A stretch of 38,933 nt of DNA from Candidatus Xenobia bacterium. GTDB lineage: Bacteria; Vulcanimicrobiota; Xenobia; Xenobiales; QWHO01. How positions within the stretch are numbered: position 1 is the first letter of the stretch; each line of letters starts with the position of its first letter. Below the pieces are notes generated by a model. The model was not told the DNA's origin and made no database searches. It was given only the letters and a program-made list of their open reading frames with translations. Both the position numbers and the translations under genes were made by a program. This document shows positions 11,861 through 23,929 of this stretch, in pieces. Where the stretch lies: assembly GCA_045863235.1 (NCBI GenBank), contig BTUM01000075.1, forward strand, positions 1 through 38,933, given 5' to 3'.

Positions 11861-12783
11861 TCGACCCCGAGGCCGAGTGCCAGCGCCTGACCGCGGAGGG
11901 CACCGTGGACGAGCTGCTGGCAGCTCTGGGCAACGACGCAAGCTACGACGCCAACCATGGCGATGTCTACGGAGGCACCTGGCCGGTGGCTGTCAGTGAA
12001 ACAGCGGCCGACCTGCTGGCCGCGCGCGGCCCGGAGGTGCTGTCTCGTGTGCTCGAGCTGGTGCGCCATCCCGGCCCGCGCCGGTTGATGGCAGCCCGGG
12101 CCCTGGCCCAGAGCGCAGCCGATCTGGCTCCCCACCAGGAGGAGTTGCTGGAGCTCTACTTCACGGGCCCGGATGCTCTCTCGCTGGCGCTGGCGTTCCG
12201 GCTGGCCCGCATGGGCCTGTCAGGGGCCGCCCTGGAGCGACTGGACAGTCATCCGGCTCGGGCCCTGCGCCTGCTTCGCCTGGAGGATGGGCCGGCTCTG
12301 CTGACGGCCCTGGAGCGGGTTCCCGAGCTATTGCGCCGCAAGACTCACCTGGAGGAAGCTCTATCGGTTATCTACTGCAAGCCGGTCTCTCCCTGGCTGG
12401 AGCGGTGCCGAGACCCTCTGATCGAGCTGCTGGGCGGACCCTTCGCCGAGCGGGCGGCCGAGACGCTGGGCTTCCTGGCTCCGCGTGATGTTGCCGCGGC
12501 CCGGGCTCTGGCCGAGCTGGCCGCGAAGACCGACAGCGAGCGGCTGGCCGGGGTGGCTCTACGCCCTTTGCAGCGCCTCGAGCCCTCGGCGCTCGATTCT
12601 GTGACGGATGTGCTGGACGCGGTCCTGGCCGGACCTCACCGCGACCGCAAGGCGCGGGTCATGCCTCTGCTGCGGAGGGATGAGGCCAGGCCCGAGATCG
12701 AGCGCTACCTGGCCAGTCTCAAACCCGACTGCTGGCAGGCGAAAGCCTGCCGCGAGGCGCTGGCGAGGATCGGGTCCCGATGA
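11857..12783 (+). CDS. Alpha-helical (HEAT-repeat-like) hypothetical protein
   Basis: GTG 11857 overlaps the upstream stop (GTGA). Leu/Ala-rich helical repeats such as AARALAQ and AAETLGFL. Confidence 0.6.
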   Translation: MIDPEAECQRLTAEGTVDELLAALGNDASYDANHGDVYGGTWPVAVSETAADLLAARGPEVLSRVLELVRHPGPRRLMAARALAQSAADLAPHQEELLELYFTGPDALSLALAFRLARMGLSGAALERLDSHPARALRLLRLEDGPALLTALERVPELLRRKTHLEEALSVIYCKPVSPWLERCRDPLIELLGGPFAERAAETLGFLAPRDVAAARALAELAAKTDSERLAGVALRPLQRLEPSALDSVTDVLDAVLAGPHRDRKARVMPLLRRDEARPEIERYLASLKPDCWQAKACREALARIGSR

Positions 12784-12886
12784 TGACACAACCTGTTCAC
12801 GATTCGGCAACACGATTTTGGAGCCGCTCCCACCGCAGCTCGTAGTCTGAGTCCACCAGGAAACACGCGACGGAGGGCTCAGGCAG

Positions 12887-13129
12887 ATGTCAGTCATCAG
12901 TAACAACCCCACCCACACCAGCTACGGCATCAGCGACTACGGCACCGGTCCGGCGGCAGCCCCGACCACGCCCAGCGGCGCTTCGGCAGGCCCGGAGGAT
13001 GGGTTTACTCCCAGCGCCGAGCTGTCCGAGGAAGGGGGAATCGGAGGCTGCGGCACGGAGGCGTCCCCCTGTGGAGGGGAGAGCTCGAAGGGTGATGCGA
13101 GTAGCGATAGCGGCGCTTCCAGCCCATAG
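12887..13129 (+). CDS. Small acidic Ser/Gly-rich protein (80 aa)
   Basis: GGAGGG RBS, ATG start and an intrinsic terminator immediately downstream. Confidence 0.6.
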   Translation: MSVISNNPTHTSYGISDYGTGPAAAPTTPSGASAGPEDGFTPSAELSEEGGIGGCGTEASPCGGESSKGDASSDSGASSP

Positions 13130-13137
13130 CTGGTCGG

Positions 13138-13162
13138 GACCCGGCTGGGGGCCGGGTCTTTT
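13138..13162 (+). terminator. Rho-independent terminator
   Basis: GACCCGGC-tgggg-GCCGGGTC followed by TTTT. Confidence 0.75.
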
Positions 13163-13171
13163 GCATTCATG

Positions 13172-16903
<3,732 letters not shown>

Positions 16904-16991
16904 CAGCCGCTCTTCGGCAGGATGCCTGCGCGCCCCCCTGGCGCCCCCGAAGTATCAGGCAACTTTCACGCAGCCGGTGTAAGCTTTCTTC

Positions 16992-18941
16992 ATGCACAAG
17001 AGTCTGACGATCACGATCTGTTTGCTGCTGGCCTGGATGACCGGCTGCGGCCGCCCCGCTACGGTCGAGGAGCCGACCTCCTCGCCGGCCACCAGGCAGG
17101 TGGGTGCTCACACTCGCCAGTGGACGGTCATGTGCTACATGGACTCGGACAACGACCTCGAGGCCTACCAGATGGAGGACGTCGAGGAGATGCTCGAGAT
17201 TGGCAGCAGCCCCCAGGTGCAACTGGTGGTCTTGCTCGACCGGGCCTCCGATGGCGAGGAGGAGCAGGATGGCTGCACCGATGAGGAGCTGGCCAACCTG
17301 AAGAACTTCCACAGCGCCAAGCTGCTCTCGGTGCAGGAGGGAAAGCTGGAGGTGCTGGAGGACTGGGGCGAAGTCAACATGGCCCACCCGGCCACCCTCG
17401 AGCGCTTTGTGGCCGTCTGTAAAGAGAAGTTTCCGGCCAACCGCTACGCCCTGATCATCGGCGACCACGGGGCGGGCTGGTCGGGGGCCTGTGCCGACGA
17501 CTCGGCCCCCGACGACGACCTGCTCACCCTGCCCGAGATGGCCCGCTGTCTCAAAGGAGCCGAGCTCGAGTTTCTCGGCTTTGACTGCTGCCTGATGGCC
17601 ACGCTGGAGGTGGGGCTGGCGCTGGTGCCGGCGGCTCACTACATGATCAGCTCCGAGGAGCTCGAGCCGGGCACGGGCTGGTCCTACACCCCGGTGCTCA
17701 AGGCTCTGCACGCGGACCCGACTTTGACCGGGGACGGGCTGGGGCGGGTGGTGGCCGACGCCTTCAAAGCTTCTTTCGATCGCTCCAGGGACCCGGACAT
17801 GAAGAGCAGCGGCCTGGCCATCACCCTCTCGGTGGTGGACCTTTCGAGGCTGGCCGAGGTGGAGCGCTCGCTCGAGTCGCTGGGTCGCAGTCTGGATGCT
17901 CACTTGAAGAAGGGTGGGCGCCAGGCCTGGCTGGAGGTGGCTCGAGCTCGTTCCAGGGCTGAGGAGTATGGCGCCAGCAGCGACGGCGAGCCGGGCGAGG
18001 CCCTGCACGACCTGGTCGATCTGGCCGGCCACCTGGCGCTCGAGGTGCCCTCTCTGGCCGTCCAGGCCCGGGCGCTGGAGCAGGCCACCCGCCAGGCGGT
18101 GGTTTACAACGTGCGCGGAAAAGCGCGTCCGCAGGCCCACGGCATCAGCCTTTACTTTCCCCCCGACCAGGAGGGCTACGACCACGACTACGCCCTGATA
18201 CCGGGCTTGAATCGGGGCTGGCACGACTTCCTGCAACGATATGGTGGCATCGCCGCCACCGATACCACCGCCCCTCAGGTGACCGAGGTCGACTCGAGCC
18301 TGCAACAGCTGGGGCAGGGGGAGAGCCTGGAGCTCTCAGGCGAGGTAGAGGCCGACGATCTCGACGAGTGCTACTTCGTGCTGGCCCAGAACGTGGACGA
18401 CGAGCAGGTGATCATCGGCTCGTTTCCCACCGACCCGGACGAGGCCGGCAGGCTGGCCGAGAATTGGGACGGGCGCTGGTATGCGCTGGGTGACAAAGAA
18501 GGATTCCTGACCGTACCCATCACCGAGGTGGAGTTGGAGGAGGACGGCAGCATCTGGGCCGCCTGCCCGGCCCAGTTGCAGACGAAGAAGAAGGCGAAGT
18601 GGCGCGATGTCACGGTGTATCTCTACCTCGAGAAAGACGACGAGGGCGAGCTGGTGGGGGAGGTGGTCTACGCCATGCTCGACGAGGAGGGCGAGCAGGC
18701 GCGTGAGCTCGAGCTCAAGCCAGGCAACCGGCTGCGACCCGTCTTTTTGACCATCGACGCCGAGGGGAACGAGGAGTACGTGCCCAACGAGCACCCCGAC
18801 GACGTGCTGGTGGTGGACGAGGAGGGACTGGCGGTGGAGATGCTGGACGTGGATCCGGGCAGCTATTCGATCGGGTTCATGGCCGTCGACCTGGCCGGCA
18901 ACTCTTCCGAGGAGATGACCGAGGTGGAGATCGAGGAGTGA
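16992..18941 (+). CDS. Clostripain-related cysteine peptidase (C11) lipoprotein with an acidic C-terminal domain
   Basis: Lipobox-like MTGC, WTVMCYMDSDNDLE, catalytic DHGAGW and FDCCLM, SSEELEPG and GISLYFP. Confidence 0.9.
   Translation: MHKSLTITICLLLAWMTGCGRPATVEEPTSSPATRQVGAHTRQWTVMCYMDSDNDLEAYQMEDVEEMLEIGSSPQVQLVVLLDRASDGEEEQDGCTDEELANLKNFHSAKLLSVQEGKLEVLEDWGEVNMAHPATLERFVAVCKEKFPANRYALIIGDHGAGWSGACADDSAPDDDLLTLPEMARCLKGAELEFLGFDCCLMATLEVGLALVPAAHYMISSEELEPGTGWSYTPVLKALHADPTLTGDGLGRVVADAFKASFDRSRDPDMKSSGLAITLSVVDLSRLAEVERSLESLGRSLDAHLKKGGRQAWLEVARARSRAEEYGASSDGEPGEALHDLVDLAGHLALEVPSLAVQARALEQATRQAVVYNVRGKARPQAHGISLYFPPDQEGYDHDYALIPGLNRGWHDFLQRYGGIAATDTTAPQVTEVDSSLQQLGQGESLELSGEVEADDLDECYFVLAQNVDDEQVIIGSFPTDPDEAGRLAENWDGRWYALGDKEGFLTVPITEVELEEDGSIWAACPAQLQTKKKAKWRDVTVYLYLEKDDEGELVGEVVYAMLDEEGEQARELELKPGNRLRPVFLTIDAEGNEEYVPNEHPDDVLVVDEEGLAVEMLDVDPGSYSIGFMAVDLAGNSSEEMTEVEIEE
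18893..18929 (+). repeat. 37-bp direct repeat, left copy (attL-like)
   Basis: GGCCGGCAACTCTTCCGAGGAGATGACCGAGGTGGAG, identical to 29132-29168. Confidence 0.95.
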
Positions 18942-19147
18942 GCCTCAGGAGGAGACTTACTGCTCTGCGCTCGGTGCGCTTGACGACCGACAACGGATGA
19001 GCAAAGCACAGGCATCATCTCGCTGTCGCAAACCTCCGCTGACCAGAACCTTGATGGGCAGGCAACCAGGGACGGTCATCACGTCGCTGAGACCCTCATC
19101 CAGTTCGGGATTCACCACTACCACTTCCACCCCGGGATGGGCTACCA

Positions 19148-19516
19148 CAGAACGTCTTCGGCCCCCTCAAGATGACGAAGACGGCCTTCGACGACAAGGA
19201 CACGGCCGACGCCGGAGTCTACACCTGTCTCGACGACATGCTCACCTACGTGCGCGCCCTGCGGAGCGACCCGCCGGTCAGCGAGCAGCTGTTCAAGCGC
19301 GCCTGGTCGCCAGCCGAGCTCGACAGCGGCGAGAAGATGCATTACGGCTACGGGTGGGAAGTCTCGGGCGACCAGATCTACCACACTGGCAAGTGGGAGG
19401 GAGCGAGCACCTATCTCGGGCTCGACCTCGGCAACGGCTCGTCGATTATCGTGCTCTCCAGCATCGACGACAGCGCCCCGCCACTGGCGGAGGCCATCGA
19501 GAACCTGGAACCCTAG
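19148..19516 (+). pseudogene. C-terminal fragment of a beta-lactamase-like serine hydrolase
   Basis: NVFGPLKMTKTAF, ADAGVYTCLDDM, YGYGW, YHTGKWEG and IIVLS. The N-terminal SxxK region is absent. Confidence 0.75.
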
Positions 19517-19549
19517 GCCCGTTTTCCGCACGCGGAAAACGGGCCTAGG
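19512..19549. repeat. Perfect 18-bp inverted repeat (hairpin; possible bidirectional terminator)
   Basis: CCTAGGCCCGTTTTCCGC-ac-GCGGAAAACGGGCCTAGG. Confidence 0.85.
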
Positions 19550-19631
19550 CTAAGTGGGCCGCGGCGTAAATCCCGTCTAGAATTCAACCCACAGACGGGA
19601 GTCGGGAGACGGGAGAGCTCTCCAGGGTAAC

Positions 19632-19933
19632 TCAGGCTGCTCGGGGCCAGTCGGGCAAGGGGAGCTCCACCCTGCGTCCCTTCTCCCACCGTTCATAGGG
19701 ACGGGTCCAGACCAGGTCGTCCGGGGCCCTCCCGGTGACGCGGAGAAGACCCAGCGGCGAGCGGTGCTGGAGCTGAGGTCGAGCACCTCCTGGAGGTAGT
19801 CGGCGAAGTGCCCGTAGGCGGGTAGATTGTAAGCGTTCTTGGAGAGGGCCGTCAGGACGTGCCCGAGTTGGTAGGCGAGAGCCCAGTCTTGGCGGGCGAG
19901 GACCTGGGCTTGGGTCTCCGGGCTGGCGGTCAT
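19632..19933 (-). pseudogene. Internally deleted remnant, probably of an HNH-endonuclease-type gene
   Basis: HTH-like N-terminus (YGHFADYLQEVLDLSSSTARRW) abuts, in another frame, a tail LGLLRVTGRAPDDLVW that resembles the segment following HNH motifs. GGAG RBS before ATG 19933. Confidence 0.45.
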
Positions 19934-20284
19934 TGGACAGCTCCTCCGAGGAAGGAAATTCAGCTGTCTCTGGATAGCTCAACCAGCCACGAGATGAATT
20001 TTCAACAAGGGAACGCGAGGTCCTCCCGGGCGAACTGCGAGAATTGCTCTCCGTCCAGATGTCGGAAGAACGCAAGGGAACTCAACAGCTCAAAAGCGCG
20101 CCGGGTCGCACTTCCCGTGAGAATCACACGGGGCTTTCTCGAGCTCCAAAGGAACCAGACTATTGCCGCTAATCCGGTCCAGGGAGCTATTCGGGGGCCG
20201 ACCGGGAGGCCGTCTCGAACGGGTATCTTGACCCGACTCTCCCCTGCGCGGGAGCCAGCCCGCCCCCGGCGAAATCATCCATTG

Positions 20285-21193
20285 ATGACACACCGCGCTC
20301 TCGCCCTGGTGCTGGTCCTGGCTCTGCTCGTGGGGGCCCGTGCCGACAAGCAAGAGTATGTCCGCGTCTACAAAGACCCCCGTGCCCTGCAGACGGCGGT
20401 GACCCACTACGTGACTCCCGCCGGCGTCCGGATCGACCTCGTCGGAGTTGTCCACATGGCCGAGTGGGAGTACTACGAAGAGCTCGACGCTCGCCTGCAA
20501 AAGTACGATGCGGTCCTGTTCGAGGGGATCGTGGACACGAGCGAGGACGAGCCTCCGAAGCCGGCCGAGAAGCTCTCCCCCACCAACTCCAAGGCCACCA
20601 AGCCGACGCCCACGAAAGCCGACGTGCCCCCAAAGGCTGACACGCCCGCGAAGACGAGCCACCTGCAGCTGCTAACCAGAACGCAGCAGAAGATCTGCGA
20701 CCTCCTCGGCCTGACCTTCCAGCTTGAGCAGATCGACTACCTCGCCCCGAACATGGTCCACGCCGATCTGACGGACGCCGAGATCGGAAAGTGGATGAAG
20801 AAGCGCGGGGAGACGGGCGGCGACATCTTCCTCAAGATGATGAAGGCCAGCCTGAAGACGGCGGTGCCGCTGGACATCCGGACCTCGACCGCGCTGAACG
20901 TCTGGCTCGTGACGGGCCACATCGACCCGGAGGACCAGTTGCGGGTGCGGCGTTTCATGGCCTACAACCTGATCCGCATGGAGAAGGAGATGGCCGAGGT
21001 GGGCGGGACCGCTCTCGTCACGGCCCGCGACGAGAAGGTCATGCAAGTGCTGCGCCAGCAGCTGAAGAAAGGCAAGAAGCGCGTGGCGATCTTCTACGGC
21101 TGCGCCCACATGAAAGACTTCGATCGGCGGCTGCGGTCGCAGCTCAAGTGCAAGCAGACGGGCCAGGAATGGCTGACGGCCTGGACCCTGTAG
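20285..21193 (+). CDS. Exported TraB/GumN-like protein
   Basis: Signal peptide MTHRALALVLVLALLVGARA, then IDLVGVVHM, VLFEG, ARDEKVM and AIFYGCAHM. Confidence 0.65.
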   Translation: MTHRALALVLVLALLVGARADKQEYVRVYKDPRALQTAVTHYVTPAGVRIDLVGVVHMAEWEYYEELDARLQKYDAVLFEGIVDTSEDEPPKPAEKLSPTNSKATKPTPTKADVPPKADTPAKTSHLQLLTRTQQKICDLLGLTFQLEQIDYLAPNMVHADLTDAEIGKWMKKRGETGGDIFLKMMKASLKTAVPLDIRTSTALNVWLVTGHIDPEDQLRVRRFMAYNLIRMEKEMAEVGGTALVTARDEKVMQVLRQQLKKGKKRVAIFYGCAHMKDFDRRLRSQLKCKQTGQEWLTAWTL

Positions 21194-23449
21194 GCTCTCC
21201 GGTCTCCCGACCCCCGACCGGACCACGGGCCCCTCGACGCCCGCTTCGCGGCGCAGGCCGACCCAGCCCGGGCCGTAGAGCTGGTCTAGCTCGATGCCGG
21301 TGCGCTGCAAGAACTCCGTGAGAGTGGCCTGCAGTCCGACGCGGTTGAGCTCGGTGCGGAGGAAGCTCCTCGTCGTGCGAATCTGCCCGCGCAAGTTCTC
21401 GAGCACGATGCGCATCGCCTGACGGTCCAGTTGCATCGAGCAACCCGAAGGCAGCAGCGGGAAGCCCTGCTCGAGCTGCTGCACCAGCTCTTTGCGCGTG
21501 CCCCCGAGAACCGCGGTGTAGAGCAGGTCGAAGCGGAATTCCTGGCGGGCCATCCCGATGAAGTCCAGCACGGTGAGGCACTCCTTGCCTTCCGCGAGTC
21601 GAAGTCCGCGCCCCAACTGCTGAAGGAAGATGGTCGCGCTCTCGGTGGGGCGGAGCAGGAGCACCGTGTCGACCTCGGGCACATCCAGGCCCTCGTTGAA
21701 GACGTCCACTGCAAAGATGGCGCAGATTCTGTTGTGACGAAGGTCCAGGACGGCCTGACGGCGCTCCTCGCCCGGGGTATCGCCCAGAACCGCGACGGCG
21801 GCGAGCCCGACGCGGTTGAACTCTTCCGCCATGAAGCGCGCGTGCCCCGTCCCGGCGCAGAAGCCAAGGGCTCGCATGCGTCGCATGTCGAGGACGTGGT
21901 GGCGCACCTGATGCAGCACGAGGCGCGCCCGAGCCTGGTCGCCCGTGTAGACGCCGTCCAGGTTCTGGTAGGCACCGCGTCGCCACTCGGTCTGGCGCAG
22001 ATCGGTATTGTCGTGCAGCCCGAAATACTGGAACGGGCTCAGCAAGCCGCGCTCGAGCGCATCCCAGAGCCGCAGCTCGGCGGTGACCTCGGCGCCAAGG
22101 ACCGTGGTCACGCTCTGACCGTCGGTGCGCTCCGGCGTCGCCGTGAGGCCCAGCAGCAGGCGCGGCTGGAAGTGTTGGATGATGCGGCGGTATGTCGGCG
22201 CTGCCGCGTGGTGGAATTCGTCGATGACGATGACGTCGAAGTGGTCCGCCGGCAGCGTGGTCAGCTCGAGGTTGGCCAGCTTCTGGACGCTGGCAAAGAG
22301 GTGCTCCTCCTGCGTAGGTTTCGAGCGACCGGTCCACTTCTCGCCAAAGCTCCCGTCTCGGAGGACCGCGCGGAACGTCGTCATGCTCTGGTCGAGGATC
22401 TCCTCGCGATGAGCGACGAACAACAGCCGGGCGCGACACCAGCGTTGCCGGGTGCGCCGATAGTCCAGGGCCGCCATTACGGTCTTGCCCGTCCCGGTGG
22501 CTGCCACGATGAGGTTGCGCCACCGGCCCTTCAGCTCGCGCGCGGCCTCGAGCTGCTGGAGGATGTCCTCCTGGTAGGGGTACGGCTTCACGTCCAGAGT
22601 GAAGAGCTGGACCGCCGGCTCGCTCTGCTCCCGCCTGGTGGCGGTGGCGAAGCGGGAGGCTTCGAACGGCTCGAACTCACCGTCCTCCCAGTAGCTGTCG
22701 AAGGTCGCCTGGAACTTCTCGAGCACGCGCGGGTTGTCCACGTGGGAGACGCGCACGTTCCACTCCAGCCCATCGAGCAGCGCCGCGCTCGACAGGTTCG
22801 AGCTGCCGATGTAGCCCGTGGAGAACCCCGAGTTGCGATGGAAGAGCCAGGCTTTGGCGTGGAGACGCGTGCGCCGGGTGTCGTAGGAGACTTTGATCTC
22901 GGCAATGGGGGAGAGGGCTTCGAGCACTTCCAGGTCGGTGGCCCCGAGGTAGCAAGTGGTCAGGACCCGCAGCTGGCCGCCCCGCGCTTGGAACCTCTCG
23001 AGGTCCTCCCGCACGATGCGGAACCCGCTCCATTTGAGGAACGAGCAGAGAAGGTCCACCCGGTCGGCGCTCTGGAGCTCCCTGAGGATTTCGACGCCGA
23101 TCCGATGCTCGCCCCGCGCGTTGACCAGGAGCTCGGTCACGCTGAGGGGCACCCCGGGCCGCTCGGGCTCATGGCTCAGGAGCGACGGTGGCAGAACGGC
23201 CAGCAGCTCCCGGAGTTGATTGTCGACCAGATCCTCCTCGTCGGCCAGCAGGATGAGGATCTCGTTGACGGTCCTCGCCCGCTCGTTGTGCTCAGTCGTC
23301 GAGAGAAGACGAGTGAGCACCTGCGCGAGGTGCCTGGCCAGGATGCGCGGCGCTTCGGCAGGGTCGACCGGGCGGGCCTGATGGGGGACATTGTCGAGCT
23401 GGCGTGCCAGGCGTCGGGAGAGGAGCTGCTCGTAGAGGCCGGCCTTCAC
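20672..23449 (-). CDS. PLD nuclease-SF2 helicase (SauUSI-like type IV restriction / DUF3427-family), C-terminally truncated
   Basis: PLD motif LHAKAWLF...IGSSNLS, Walker A ATGTGKT, DEFHH, LTATPER, VDVFNEGLD and QQLGRGLR. Protein-like sequence ends near 21230, and the frame then reads antisense through the neighbouring gene. Confidence 0.85.
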   Translation of the reverse strand: MKAGLYEQLLSRRLARQLDNVPHQARPVDPAEAPRILARHLAQVLTRLLSTTEHNERARTVNEILILLADEEDLVDNQLRELLAVLPPSLLSHEPERPGVPLSVTELLVNARGEHRIGVEILRELQSADRVDLLCSFLKWSGFRIVREDLERFQARGGQLRVLTTCYLGATDLEVLEALSPIAEIKVSYDTRRTRLHAKAWLFHRNSGFSTGYIGSSNLSSAALLDGLEWNVRVSHVDNPRVLEKFQATFDSYWEDGEFEPFEASRFATATRREQSEPAVQLFTLDVKPYPYQEDILQQLEAARELKGRWRNLIVAATGTGKTVMAALDYRRTRQRWCRARLLFVAHREEILDQSMTTFRAVLRDGSFGEKWTGRSKPTQEEHLFASVQKLANLELTTLPADHFDVIVIDEFHHAAAPTYRRIIQHFQPRLLLGLTATPERTDGQSVTTVLGAEVTAELRLWDALERGLLSPFQYFGLHDNTDLRQTEWRRGAYQNLDGVYTGDQARARLVLHQVRHHVLDMRRMRALGFCAGTGHARFMAEEFNRVGLAAVAVLGDTPGEERRQAVLDLRHNRICAIFAVDVFNEGLDVPEVDTVLLLRPTESATIFLQQLGRGLRLAEGKECLTVLDFIGMARQEFRFDLLYTAVLGGTRKELVQQLEQGFPLLPSGCSMQLDRQAMRIVLENLRGQIRTTRSFLRTELNRVGLQATLTEFLQRTGIELDQLYGPGWVGLRREAGVEGPVVRSGVGRPESLQGPGRQPFLARLLALELRPQPPIEVFHVGAAVEDRHALLAFLQLLAQHLHDLLVAGRDESGPAHLGHLLLHADQVVGHETPHPQLVLRVDVARHEPDVQRGRGPDVQRHRRLQAGLHHLEEDVAARLPALLHPLSDLGVRQIGVDHVRGEVVDLLKLEGQAEEVADLLLRSG

Positions 23450-23513
23450 GGGTCTGCGCTTCGCGGGGAGCCAGAGGGGGACCTGGCCGCGAGCGGGAGG
23501 AATTGCATTTTCG

Positions 23514-23800
23514 ATGAGTTCGGTTGAGCGACTGATTCGAGAGCTCGAGGGGATGAGGCTGCATCAATCCAGGCGCGAGGGTCTGGCGCTGAAGAAACCG
23601 CTTCTCTGGCGGCTGCTGATCTCGATGCTGGAGAAGGGTGAGCTACGGGAGAACCGGGTGCGATTCAGCAGCATCGAGGCGCGGCTCAAAGAGCTGATCC
23701 TGGAGTTCGGCGGTCGCCGCGCCCGGCACGGCCCGAAGCCGGAGTAGCCGTTCTCCAGAAGCTCTGGCACATCCCTGGTGGTATAGCTTGACCCCCTCGT
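23514..23800 (+). pseudogene. Remnant of a sulfur-binding-domain (ScoMcrA-type, phosphorothioate-DNA-dependent) restriction endonuclease
   Basis: ALKKPLL...L...EFG...PE*PF resembles APHKPLL...EFG...PEYPF, with TAG at 23745-23747 in place of the Tyr codon. An apparent frameshift follows. Confidence 0.6.
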
Positions 23801-23929
23801 CGCGCCGATCCTGACGCGAGCGCGCACAGCAAACAGGCTGCAGTCGGCCGGGGACAACTGTTTCGGCTCCTGGGCCTCGGCGAGAACCGCACGGCGGAAA
23901 GTTGACCGGGTGCGTCGAAACCCGTCCCC

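Noticed and set aside
18957..19148. 63-aa minus-strand ORF at the island's left end
   Set aside because: No RBS or recognisable motif; possibly a fragment but not supportable.
21431..23527. 698-aa plus-strand ORF
   Set aside because: Antisense shadow of the PLD-helicase gene.
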